Origin: Lingula anatina | Lineage: Eukaryota; Animalia; Brachiopoda | Assembly: GCA_051362555.1 (NCBI GenBank) | Contig: JBPQGU010000016.1 | Coordinates: 4,092,001-4,156,000, forward strand | Reading direction: 5' to 3' | Length of the DNA: 64,000 nucleotides | Notes under the pieces: generated by a model | Databases searched by the model: none | What the model saw: only the letters and a program-made list of their open reading frames with translations | Told to the model about the DNA's origin: nothing | Part shown: piece by piece, positions 23,501 to 37,400 of the stretch | Numbering within the stretch: the stretch's first letter is position 1 | How the letters are laid out: each line of letters begins with the position of its first letter | Position numbers and translations under genes: made by a program

Positions 23501-26500
23501 AATAAAGTGCTGGAAGAGTGGTGGTGTCAACATTAAGGAAGAAATAGAGCAAAAACTCTGTCTCCCCCCCCCCTCTCAGATTCTGTTCTCAGAGCTTATT
23601 TTTGGATCATCTTTAAAGCTAGAATTGGGGGCCTTGATGAAGTGACCCGGGCGCGTTTCCACATTTTTTATTGAATGACAGGTGTGGTAGATTGATTTTC
23701 GTCACTTTTTGGAAAAATCGGAGACGGGTCGATTTTTGGTGATTTTGAGTGATTTTGAACAGTGCCGGCACTGTGAGATTTCTTCAATTTTGGCCAGGTA
23801 GGGATGAAAATTTTTTTTCTTCATTATAGTGTCAGGTAGGTGTGTTCGGTCATTTGTAGTAAGAATAAAGTGCTGGAAGAGTGGTGGTGTCAACATTAAG
23901 GAAGAAATAGAGCAAAAACTCTGTCTCCCCCCCCCCCTCTCAGATTCTGTTCTCAGAGCTTATTTTTGGATCATCTTTAAAGCTAGAATTGGGGGCCTTG
24001 ATGAAGTGACCCGGGCGCGTTTCCACATTTTTTATGAATGACAGGTGTGGTAGATTGATTTTCTTCACTTTTTGGAAAAATCGGAGACGGGTCGATTTTT
24101 GGTGATTTTGAGTGATTTTGAACAGTGCCGGCACTGTGAGATTTCTTCAATTTTGGCCAGGTAGGGATGAAAATTTTTTTTCTTCATTATAGTGTCAGGT
24201 AGGTGTGTTCGGTCATTTGTAGTAAGAATAAAGTGCTGGAAGAGTGGTGGTGTCAACATTAAGGAAGAAATAGAGCAAAAACTCTGTCTCCCCCCCCCCC
24301 CTCTCAGATTCTGTTCTCAGAGCTTATTTTTGGATCATCTTTAAAGCTAGAATTGGGGGCCTTGATGAAGTGACCCGGGCGCGTTTCCACATTTTTTATG
24401 AATGACAGGTGTGGTAGATTGATTTTCGTCACTTTTTGGAAAAATCGGAGACGGGTCGATTTTTGGTGATTTTGAGTGATTTTGAACAGTGCCGGCACTG
24501 TGAGATTTCTTCAATTTTGGCCAGGTAGGGATGAAAATTTTTTTTCTTCATTATAGTGTCAGGTAGGTGTGTTCGGTCATTTGTAGTAAGAATAAAGTGC
24601 TGGAAGAGTGGTGGTGTCAACATTAAGGAAGAAATAGAGCAAAAACTCTGTCTCCCCCCCCCCTCTCAGATTCTGTTCTCAGAGCTTATTTTTGGATCAT
24701 CTTTAAAGCTAGAATTGGGGGCCTTGATGAAGTGACCCGGGCGCGTTTCCACATTTTTTATTGAATGACAGGTGTGGTAGATTGATTTTCGTCACTTTTT
24801 GGAAAAATCGGAGACGGGTCGATTTTTGGTGATTTTGAGTGATTTTGAACAGTGCCGGCACTGTGAGATTTCTTCAATTTTGGCCAGGTAGGGATGAAAA
24901 TTTTTTTTCTTCATTATAGTGTCAGGTAGGTGTGTTCGGTCATTTGTAGTAAGAATAAAGTGCTGGAAGAGTGGTGGTGTCAACATTAAGGAAGAAATAG
25001 AGCAAAAACTCTGTCTCCCCCCCCCCCTCTCAGATTCTGTTCTCAGAGCTTATTTTTGGATCATCTTTAAAGCTAGAATTGGGGGCCTTGATGAAGTGAC
25101 CCGGGCGCGTTTCCACATTTTTTATGAATGACAGGTGTGGTAGATTGATTTTCGTCACTTTTTGGAAAAATCGGAGACGGGTCGATTTTTGGTGATTTTG
25201 AGTGATTTTGAACAGTGCCGGCACTGTGAGATTTCTTCAATTTTGGCCAGGTAGGGATGAAAATTTTTTTTCTTCATTATAGTGTCAGGTAGGTGTGTTC
25301 GGTCATTTGTAGTAAGAATAAAGTGCTGGAAGAGTGGTGGTGTCAACATTAAGGAAGAAATAGAGCAAAAACTCTGTCTCCCCCCCCCCCTCTCAGATTC
25401 TGTTCTCAGAGCTTATTTTTGGATCATCTTTAAAGCTAGAATTGGGGGCCTTGATGAAGTGACCCGGGCGCGTTTCCACATTTTTTATGAATGACAGGTG
25501 TGGTAGATTGATTTTCGTCACTTTTTGGAAAAATCGGAGACGGGTCGATTTTTGGTGATTTTGAGTGATTTTGAACAGTGCCGGCACTGTGAGATTTCTT
25601 CAATTTTGGCCAGGTAGGGATGAAAATTTTTTTTCTTCATTATAGTGTCAGGTAGGTGTGTTCGGTCATTTGTAGTAAGAATAAAGTGCTGGAAGAGTGG
25701 TGGTGTCAACATTAAGGAAGAAATAGAGCAAAAACTCTGTCTCCCCCCCCCCTCTCAGATTCTGTTCTCAGAGCTTATTTTTGGATCATCTTTAAAGCTA
25801 GAATTGGGGGCCTTGATGAAGTGACCCGGGCGCGTTTCCACATTTTTTATGAATGACAGGTGTGGTAGATTGATTTTCGTCACTTTTTGGAAAAATCGGA
25901 GACGGGTCGATTTTTGGTGATTTTGAGTGATTTTGAACAGTGCCGGCACTGTGAGATTTCTTCAATTTTGGCCAGGTAGGGATGAAAATTTTTTTTCTTC
26001 ATTATAGTGTCAGGTAGGTGTGTTCGGTCATTTGTAGTAAGAATAAAGTGCTGGAAGAGTGGTGGTGTCAACATTAAGGAAGAAATAGAGCAAAAACTCT
26101 GTCTCCCCCCCCCCCTCTCAGATTCTGTTCTCAGAGCTTATTTTTGGATCATCTTTAAAGCTAGAATTGGGGGCCTTGATGAAGTGACCCGGGCGCGTTT
26201 CCACATTTTTTATGAATGACAGGTGTGGTAGATTGATTTTCGTCACTTTTTGGAAAAATCGGAGACGGGTCGATTTTTGGTGATTTTGAGTGATTTTGAA
26301 CAGTGCCGGCACTGTGAGATTTCTTCAATTTTGGCCAGGTAGGGATGAAAATTTTTTTTCTTCATTATAGTGTCAGGTAGGTGTGTTCGGTCATTTGTAG
26401 TAAGAATAAAGTGCTGGAAGAGTGGTGGTGTCAACATTAAGGAAGAAATAGAGCAAAAACTCTGTCTCCCCCCCCCCTCTCAGATTCTGTTCTCAGAGCT

Positions 26501-28478
26501 TATTTTTGGATCATCTTTAAAGCTAGAATTGGGGGCCTTGATGAAGTGACCCGGGCGCGTTTCCACATTTTTTAAGAATGACAGGTGTGGTAGATTGATT
26601 TTCGTCACTTTTTGGAAAAATCGGAGACGGGTCGATTTTTGGTGATTTTGAGTGATTTTGAACAGTGCCGGCACTGTGAGATTTCTTCAATTTTGGCCAG
26701 GTAGGGATGAAAATTTTTTTTCTTCATTATAGTGTCAGGTAGGTGTGTTCGGTCATTTGTAGTAAGAATAAAGTGCTGGAAGAGTGGTGGTGTCAACATT
26801 AAGGAAGAAATAGAGCAAAAACTCTGTCTCCCCCCCCCCTCTCAGATTCTGTTCTCAGAGCTTATTTTTGGATCATCTTTAAAGCTAGAATTGGGGGCCT
26901 TGATGAAGTGACCCGGGCGCGTTTCCACATTTTTTATGAATGACAGGTGTGGTAGATTGATTTTCGTCACTTTTTGGAAAAATCGGAGACGGGTCGATTT
27001 TTGGTGATTTTGAGTGATTTTGAACAGTGCCGGCACTGTGAGATTTCTTCAATTTTGGCCAGGTAGGGATGAAAATTTTTTTTCTTCATTATAGTGTCAG
27101 GTAGGTGTGTTCGGTCATTTGTAGTAAGAATAAAGTGCTGGAAGAGTGGTGGTGTCAACATTAAGGAGGAAATAGAGCAAAAACTCTGTCTCCCCCCCCC
27201 CCTCTCAGATTCTGTTCTCAGAGCTTATTTTTGGATCATCTTTAAAGCTAGAATTGGGGGCCTTGATGAAGTGACCCGGGCGCGTTTCCACATTTTTTAA
27301 GAATGACAGGTGTGGTAGATTGATTTTCGTCACTTTTTGGAAAAATCGGAGACGGGTCGATTTTTGGTGATTTTGAGTGATTTTGAACAGTGCCGGCACT
27401 GTGAGATTTCTTCAATTTTGGCCAGGTAGGGATGAAAATTTTTTTTCTTCATTATAGTGTCAGGTAGGTGTGTTCGGTCATTTGTAGTAAGAATAAAGTG
27501 CTGGAAGAGTGGTGGTGTCAACATTAAGGAAGAAATAGAGCAAAAACTCTGTCTCCCCCCCCCCTCTCAGATTCTGTTCTCAGAGCTTATTTTTGGATCA
27601 TCTTTAAAGCTAGAATTGGGGGCCTTGATGAAGTGACCCGGGCGCGTTTCCACATTTTTTATTGAATGACAGGTGTGGTAGATTGATTTTCGTCACTTTT
27701 TGGAAAAATCGGAGACGGGTCGATTTTTGGTGATTTTGAGTGATTTTGAACAGTGCCGGCACTGTGAGATTTCTTCAATTTTGGCCAGGTAGGGATGAAA
27801 ATTTTTTTTCTTCATTATAGTGTCAGGTAGGTGTGTTCGGTCATTTGTAGTAAGAATAAAGTGCTGGAAGAGTGGTGGTGTCAACATTAAGGAAGAAATA
27901 GAGCAAAAACTCTGTCTCCCCCCCCCCTCTCAGATTCTGTTCTCAGAGCTTATTTTTGGATCATCTTTAAAGCTAGAATTGGGGGCCTTGATGAAGTGAC
28001 CCGGGCGCGTTTCCACATTTTTTATGAATGACAGGTGTGGTAGATTGATTTTCGTCACTTTTTGGAAAAATCGGAGACGGGTCGATTTTTGGTGATTTTG
28101 AGTGATTTTGAACAGTGCCGGCACTGTGAGATTTCTTCAATTTTGGCCAGGTAGGGATGAAAATTTTTTTTCTTCATTATAGTGTCAGGTAGGTGTGTTC
28201 GGTCATTTGTAGTAAGAATAAAGTGCTGGAAGAGTGGTGGTGTCAACATTAAGGAAGAAATAGAGCAAAAACTCTGTCTCCCCCCCCCCTCTCAGATTCT
28301 GTTCTCAGAGCTTATTTTTGGATCATCTTTAAAGCTAGAATAGGGGGCCTTGATGAAGTGACCCGGGCGCGTTTCCACATTTTTTATGAATGACAGGTGT
28401 GGTAGATTGATTTTCGTCACTTTTTGGAAAAATCGGAGACGGGTCGATTTTTGGTGATTTTGAGTGATTTTGAACAGT
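20523..28478 (-). repeat. Satellite array, subfamily A, 362-364 bp monomer, ~22 copies, inverted relative to block B
   Basis: Tandem near-identical units starting TTGGCCAGGTAGGGATG at 20523. ORF-track period is 362-364, with length variation from a C9-C12 run and a 1-nt insertion. The reverse complement aligns end to end with the block B monomer. Confidence 0.98.
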
Positions 28479-31400
28479 ATTTCTTCCTTAATAATGCCAC
28501 AACCACTCTTCCAGCACTTTATTCTGACTACAAATGACCAAACACACCTACCAGACACTATAATGAAGAAAAAAATTTTTCAACCCTACCTGGCCAAAAT
28601 TGAAGAAAACTGCCATATCCCGACCTTACGAAAATCACTCAAAATCACCCAAAAATGACCCGTCACCAAATTTTCCAAAAAGTGATGAAAATCAATCTAC
28701 CACACCTGTCATTCATAAAAAATGTGGAAACGCGCCCGGATCACTTCATTAAAGCCCCCAATTTCAGCTTTAAAGATGGCCAAAAAGCACACCTGAGAAC
28801 AGGATTTGGAGAGAGGGGGGGTGGAGAGAGTTTTTGCTCTATTTCTTCCTTAATAATGACACAACCACTCTTCCAGCACTTTATTCTGACTACAAATGAC
28901 CAAACACACCTACCAGACACTATAATGAAGAAAAAAATTTTTCAACCCTACCTGGCCAAAATTGAAGAAAACTGCCATATCCGGACCTTACAAAAATCAC
29001 TCAAAATCACCCAAAAATGACCCGTCACCAAATTTTCCAAAAAGTGATGAAAATCAATCTACCACACCTGTCATTCATAAAAAATGTGGAAACGCGCCCG
29101 GATCACTTCATTAAAGCCCCCAATTTCAGCTTTAAAGATGGCCAAAAAGCACACCTGAGAACAGGATTTGGAGAGAGGGGGGGTGGAGAGAGTTTTTGCT
29201 CTATTTCTTCCTTAATAATGACACAACCACTCTTCCAGCACTTTATTCTGACTACAAATGACCAAACACACCTACCAGACACTATAATGAAGAAAAAAAT
29301 TTTTCAACCCTACCTGGCCAAAATTGAAGAAAACTGCCATATCCGGACCTTACGAAAATCACTCAAAATCACCCAAAAATGACCCGTCACCAAATTTTCC
29401 AAAAAGTGATGAAAATCAATCTACCACACCTGTCATTCATAAAAAATGTGGAAACGCGCCCGGATCACTTCATTAAAGCCCCCAATTTCAGCTTTAAAGA
29501 TGGCCAAAAAGCACACCTGAGAACAGGATTTGGAGAGAGGGGGGGTGGAGAGAGTTTTTGCTCTACTTCTTCCTTAATAATGACACAACCACTCTTCCAG
29601 CACTTTATTCTGACTACAAATGACCAAACACACCTACCAGACACTATAATGAAGAAAAAAATTTTTCAACCCTACCTGGCCAAAATTGAAGAAAACTGCC
29701 ATATCCGGACCTTACGAAAATCACTCAAAATCACCCAAAAATGACCCGTCACCAAATTTTCCAAAAAGTGATGAAAATCAATCTACCACACCTGTCATTC
29801 ATAAAAAATGTGGAAACGCGCCCGGATCACTTCATTAAAGCCCCCAATTTCAGCTTTAAAGATGGCCAAAAAGCACACCTGAGAACAGGATTTGGAGAGA
29901 GGGGGGGTGGAGAGAGTTTTTGCTCTATTTCTGCCTTAATAATGACACAACCACTCTTCCAGCACTTTATTCTGACTACAAATGACCAAACACACCTACC
30001 AGACACTATAATGAAGAAAAAAATTTTTCAACCCTACCTGGCCAAAATTGAAGAAAACTGCCATATCCGGACCTTACGAAAATCACTCAAAATCACCCAA
30101 AAATGACCCGTCACCAAATTTTCCAAAAAGTGATGAAAATCAATCTACCACACCTGTCATTCATAAAAAATGTGGAAACGCGCCCGGATCACTTCATTAA
30201 AGCCCCCAATTTCAGCTTTAAAGATGGCCAAAAAGCACACCTGAGAACAGGATTTGGAGAGAGGGGGGGTGGAGAGAGTTTTTGCTCTATTTCTTCCTTA
30301 ATAATGACACAACCACTCTTCCAGCACTTTATTCTGACTACAAATGACCAAACACACCTACCAGACACTATAATGAAGAAAAAAATTTTTCAACCCTACC
30401 TGGCCAAAATTGAAGAAAACTGCCATATCCGGACCTTACGAAAATCACTCAAAATCACCCAAAAATGACCCGTCACCAAATTTTCCAAAAAGTGATGAAA
30501 ATCAATCTACCACACCTGTCATTCATAAAAAATGTGGAAACGCGCCCGGATCACTTCATTAAAGCCCCCAATTTCAGCTTTAAAGATGGCCAAAAAGCAC
30601 ACCTGAGAACAGGATTTGGAGAGAGGGGGGGTGGAGAGAGTTTTTGCTCTATTTCTTCCTTAATAATGCCACAACCACTCTTCCAGCACTTTATTCTGAC
30701 TACAAATGACCAAACACACCTACCAGACACTATAATGAAGAAAAAAATTTTTCAACCCTACCTGGCCAAAATTGAAGAAAACTGCCATATCCGGACCTTA
30801 CGAAAATCACTCAAAATCACCCAAAAATGACCCGTCACCAAATTTTCCAAAAAGTGATGAAAATCAATCTACCACACCTGTCATTCATAAAAAATGTGGA
30901 AACGCGCCCGGATCACTTCATTAAAGCCCCCAATTTCAGCTTTAAAGATGGCCAAAAAGCACACCTGAGAACAGGATTTGGAGAGAGGGGGGGTGGAGAG
31001 AGTTTTTGCTCTATTTCTTCCTTAATAATGACACAACCACTCTTCCAGCACTTTATTCTTACTACAAATGACCAAACACACCTACCAGACACTATAATGA
31101 AGAAAAAAATTTTTCAACCCTACCTGGCCAAAATTGAAGAAAACTGCCATATCCGGACCTTACGAAAATCACTCAAAATCACCCAAAAATGACCCGTCAC
31201 CAAATTTTCCAAAAAGTGATGAAAATCAATCTACCACACCTGTCATTCATAAAAAAATGTGGAAACGCGCCCGGATCACTTCATTAAAGCCCCCAATTTC
31301 AGCTTTAAAGATGGCCAAAAAGCACACCTGAGAACAGGATTTGGAGAGAGGGGGGGTGGAGAGAGTTTTTGCTCTATTTCTTCCTTAATAATGCCACAAC

Positions 31401-34400
31401 CACTCTTCCAGCACTTTATTCTGACTACAAATGACCAAACACACCTACCAGACACTATAATGAAGAAAAAAATTTTTCAACCCTACCAGGCCAAAATTGA
31501 AGAAAACTGCCATATCCGGACCTTACGAAAATCACTCAAAATCACCCAAAAATGACCCGTCACCAAATTTTCCAAAAAGTGATGAAAATCAATCTACCAC
31601 ACCTGTCATTCATAAAAAATGTGGAAACGCGCCCGGATCACTTCATTAAAGCCCCCAATTTCAGCTTTAAAGATGGCCAAAAAGCACACCTGAGAACAGG
31701 ATTTGGAGAGAGGGGGGGTGGAGAGAGTTTTTGCTCTATTTCTTCCTTAATAATGACACAACCACTCTTCCAGCACTTTATTCTGACTACAAATGACCAA
31801 ACACACCTACCAGACACTATAATGAAGAAAAAAATTTTTCAACCCTACCTGGCCAAAATTGAAGAAAACTGCCATATCCGGACCTTACGAAAATCACTCA
31901 AAATCACCCAAAAATGACCCGTCACCAAATTTTCCAAAAAGTGATGAAAATCAATCTACCACACCTGTCATTCATAAAAAAATGTGGAAACGCGCCCGGA
32001 TCACTTCATTAAAGCCCCCAATTTCAGCTTTAAAGATGGCCAAAAAGCACACCTGAGAACAGGATTTGGAGAGAGGGGGGGTGGAGAGAGTTTTTGCTCT
32101 ATTTCTTCCTTAATAATGACACAACCACTCTTCCAGCACTTTATTCTGACTACAAATGACCAAACACACCTACCAGACACTATAATGAAGAAAAAAATTT
32201 TTCAACCCTACCTGGCCAAAATTGAAGAAAACTGCCATATCCGGACCTTACGAAAATCACTCAAAATCACCCAAAAATGACCCGTCACCAAATTTTCCAA
32301 AAAGTGATGAAAATCAATCTACCACACCTGTCATTCATAAAAAATGTGGAAACGCGCCCGGATCACTTCATTAAAGCCCCCAATTTCAGCTTTAAAGATG
32401 GCCAAAAAGCACACCTGAGAACAGGATTTGGAGAGAGGGGGGGTGGAGAGAGTTTTTGCTCTATTTCTTCCTTAATAATGACACAACCACTCTTCCAGCA
32501 CTTTATTCTGACTACAAATGACCAAACACACCTACCAGACACTATAATGAAGAAAAAAATTTTTCAACCCTACCTGGCCAAAATTGAAGAAAACTGCCAT
32601 ATCCGGACCTTACGAAAATCACTCAAAATCACCCAAAAATGACCCGTCACCAAATTTTCCAAAAAGTGATGAAAATCAATCTACCACACCTGTCATTCAT
32701 AAAAAATGTGGAAACGCGCCCGGATCACTTCATTAAAGCCCCCAATTTCAGCTTTAAAGATGGCCAAAAAGCACACCTGAGAACAGGATTTGGAGAGAGG
32801 GGGGGTGGAGAGAGTTTTTGCTCTATTTCTTCCTTAATAATGACACAACCACTCTTCCAGCACTTTATTCTGACTACAAATGACCAAACACACCTACCAG
32901 ACACTATAATGAAGAAAAAAATTTTTCAACCCTACCTGGCCAAAATTGAAGAAAACTGCCATATCCGGACCTTACGAAAATCACTCAAAATCACCCAAAA
33001 ATGACCCGTCACCAAATTTTCCAAAAAGTGATGAAAATCAATCTACCACACCTGTCATTCATAAAAAATGTGGAAACGCGCCCGGATCACTTCATTAAAG
33101 CCCCCAATTTCAGCTTTAAAGATGGCCAAAAAGCACACCTGAGAACAGGATTTGGAGAGAGGGGGGGTGGAGAGAGTTTTTGCTCTATTTCTTCCTTAAT
33201 AATGACACAACCACTCTTCCAGCACTTTATTCTGACTACAAATGACCAAACACACCTACCAGACACTATAATGAAGAAAAAAATTTTTCAACCCTACCTG
33301 GCCAAAATTGAAGAAAACTGCCATATCCGGACCTTACGAAAATCACTCAAAATCACCCAAAAATGACCCGTCACCAAATTTTCCAAAAAGTGATGAAAAT
33401 CAATCTACCACACCTGTCATTCATAAAAAATGTGGAAACGCGCCCGGATCACTTCATTAAAGCCCCCAATTTCAGCTTTAAAGATGGCCAAAAAGCACAC
33501 CTGAGAACAGGATTTGGAGAGAGGGGGGGTGGAGAGAGTTTTTGCTCTATTTCTTCCTTAATAATGACACAACCACTCTTCCAGCACTTTATTCTGACTA
33601 CAAATGACCAAACACACCTACCAGACACTATAATGAAGAAAAAAATTTTTCAACCCTACCTGGCCAAAATTGAAGAAAACTGCCATATCCGGACCTTACG
33701 AAAATCACTCAAAATCACCCAAAAATGACCCGTCACCAAATTTTCCAAAAAGTGATGAAAATCAATCTACCACACCTGTCATTCATAAAAAATGTGGAAA
33801 CGCGCCCGGATCACTTCATTAAAGCCCCCAATTTCAGCTTTAAAGATGGCCAAAAAGCACACCTGAGAACAGGATTTGGAGAGAGGGGGGGTGGAGAGAG
33901 TTTTTGCTCTATTTCTTCCTTAATAATGACACAACCACTCTTCCAGCACTTTATTCTGACTACAAATGACCAAACACACCTACCAGACACTATAATGAAG
34001 AAAAAAATTTTTCAACCCTACCTGGCCAAAATTGAAGAAAACTGCCATATCCGGACCTTACGAAAATCACTCAAAATCACCCAAAAATGACCCGTCACCA
34101 AATTTTCCAAAAAGTGATGAAAATCAAGCTACCACACCTGTCATTCATAAAAAATGTGGAAACGCGCCCGGATCACTTCATTAAAGCCCCCAATTTCAGC
34201 TTTAAAGATGGCCAAAAAGCACACCTGAGAACAGGATTTGGAGAGAGGGGGGGTGGAGAGAGTTTTTGCTCTATTTCTTCCTTAATAATGACACAACCAC
34301 TCTTCCAGCACTTTATTCTGACTACAAATGACCAAACACACCTACCAGACACTATAATGAAGAAAAAAATTTTTCAACCCTACCTGGCCAAAATTGAAGA

Positions 34401-37400
34401 AAACTGCCATATCCGGACCTTACGAAAATCACTCAAAATCACCCAAAAATGACCCGTCACCAAATTTTCCAAAAAGTGATGAAAATCAATCTACCACACC
34501 TGTCATTCATAAAAAATGTGGAAACGCGCCCGGATCACTTCATTAAAGCCCCCAATTTCAGCTTTAAAGATGGCCAAAAAGCACACCTGAGAACAGGATT
34601 TGGAGAGAGGGGGGGTGGAGAGAGTTTTTGCTCTATTTCTTCCTTAATAATGACACAACCACTCTTCCAGCACTTTATTCTGACTACAAATGACCAAACA
34701 CACCTACCAGACACTATAATGAAGAAAAAAATTTTTCAACCCTACCTGGCCAAAATTGAAGAAAACTGCCATATCCGGACCTTACGAAAATCACTCAAAA
34801 TCACCCAAAAATGACCCGTCACCAAATTTTCCAAAAAGTGATGAAAATCAATCTACCACACCTGTCATTCATAAAAAATGTGGAAACGCGCCCGGATCAC
34901 TTCATTAAAGCCCCCAATTTCAGCTTTAAAGATGGCCAAAAAGCACACCTGAGAACAGGATTTGGAGAGAGGGGGGGTGGAGAGAGTTTTTGCTCTATTT
35001 CTTCCTTAATAATGACACAACCACTCTTCCAGCACTTTATTCTGACTACAAATGACCAAACACACCTACCAGACACTATAATGAAGAAAAAAATTTTTCA
35101 ACCCTACCTGGCCAAAATTGAAGAAAACTGCCATATCCGGACCTTACGAAAATCACTCAAAATCACCCAAAAATGACCCGTCACCAAATTTTCCAAAAAG
35201 TGATGAAAATCAATCTACCACACCTGTCATTCATAAAAAATGTGGAAACGCGCCCGGATCACTTCATTAAAGCCCCCAATTTCAGCTTTAAAGATGGCCA
35301 AAAAGCACACCTGAGAACAGGATTTGGAGAGAGGGGGGGTGGAGAGAGTTTTTGCTCTATTTCTTCCTTAATAATGACACAACCACTCTTCCAGCACTTT
35401 ATTCTGACTACAAATGACCAAACACACCTACCAGACACTATAATGAAGAAAAAAATTTTTCAACCCTACCTGGCCAAAATTGAAGAAAACTGCCATATCC
35501 GGACCTTACGAAAATCACTCAAAATCACCCAAAAATGACCCGTCACCAAATTTTCCAAAAAGTGATGAAAATCAATCTACCACACCTGTCATTCATAAAA
35601 AATGTGGAAACGCGCCCGGATCACTTCATTAAAGCCCCCAATTTCAGCTTTAAAGATGGCCAAAAAGCACACCTGAGAACAGGATTTGGAGAGAGGGGGG
35701 GTGGAGAGAGTTTTTGCTCTATTTCTTCCTTAATAATGACACAACCACTCTTCCAGCACTTTATTCTGACTACAAATGACCAAACACACCTACCAGACAC
35801 TATAATGAAGAAAAAAATTTTTCAACCCTACCTGGCCAAAATTGAAGAAAACTGCCATATCCGGACCTTACGAAAATCACTCAAAATCACCCAAAAATGA
35901 CCCGTCACCAAATTTTCCAAAAAGTGATGAAAATCAATCTACCACACCTGTCATTCATAAAAAATGTGGAAACGCGCCCGGATCACTTCATTAAAGCCCC
36001 CAATTTCAGCTTTAAAGATGGCCAAAAAGCACACCTGAGAACAGGATTTGGAGAGAGGGGGGGTGGAGAGAGTTTTTGCTCTATTTCTTCCTTAATAATG
36101 ACACAACCACTCTTCCAGCACTTTATTCTGACTACAAATGACCAAACACACCTACCAGACACTATAATGAAGAAAAAAATTTTTCAACCCTACCTGGCCA
36201 AAATTGAAGAAAACTGCCATATCCGGACCTTACGAAAATCACTCAAAATCACCCAAAAATGACCCGTCACCAAATTTTCCAAAAAGTGATGAAAATCAAT
36301 CTACCACACCTGTCATTCATAAAAAATGTGGAAACGCGCCCGGATCACTTCATTAAAGCCCCCAATTTCAGCTTTAAAGATGGCCAAAAAGCACACCTGA
36401 GAACAGGATTTGGAGAGAGGGGGGGTGGAGAGAGTTTTTGCTCTATTTCTTCCTTAATGACACAACCACTCTTCCAGCACTTTATTCTGACTACAAATGA
36501 CCAAACACACCTACCAGACACTATAATGAAGAAAAAAATTTTTCAACCCTACCTGGCCAAAATTGAAGAAAACTGCCATATCCGGACCTTACGAAAATCA
36601 CTCAAAATCACCCAAAAATGACCCGTCACCAAATTTTCCAAAAAGTGATGAAAATCAATCTACCACACCTGTCATTCATAAAAAATGTGGAAACGCGCCC
36701 GGATCACTTCATTAAAGCCCCCAATTTCAGCTTTAAAGATGGCCAAAAAGCACACCTGAGAACAGGATTTGGAGAGAGGGGGGGTGGAGAGAGTTTTTGC
36801 TCTATTTCTTCCTTAATAATGACACAACCACTCTTCCAGCACTTTATTCTGACTACAAATGACCAAACACACCTACCAGACACTATAATGAAGAAAAAAA
36901 TTTTTCAACCCTACCTGGCCAAAATTGAAGAAAACTGCCATATCCGGACCTTACGAAAATCACTCAAAATCACCCAAAAATGACCCGTCACCAAATTTTC
37001 CAAAAAGTGATGAAAATCAATCTACCACACCTGTCATTCATAAAAAATGTGGAAACGCGCCCGGATCACTTCATTAAAGCCCCCAATTTCAGCTTTAAAG
37101 ATGGCCAAAAAGCACACCTGAGAACAGGATTTGGAGAGAGGGGGGGTGGAGAGAGTTTTTGCTCTATTTCTTCCTTAATAATGACACAACCACTCTTCCA
37201 GCACTTTATTCTGACTACAAATGACCAAACACACCTACCAGACACTATAATGAAGAAAAAAATTTTTCAACCCTACCTGGCCAAAATTGAAGAAAACTGC
37301 CATATCCGGAACTTACGAAAATCACTCAAAATCACCCAAAAATGACCCGTCACCAAATTTTCCAAAAAGTGATGAAAATCAATCTACCACACCTGTCATT

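Noticed and set aside
28478-28840. 362-bp monomer as an ancient dimer of ~181-bp halves
   Set aside because: Shared words (TGGCCAAAA offset 186, CACACCT offset ~158) are not in a consistent register. A formal self-alignment would be needed.
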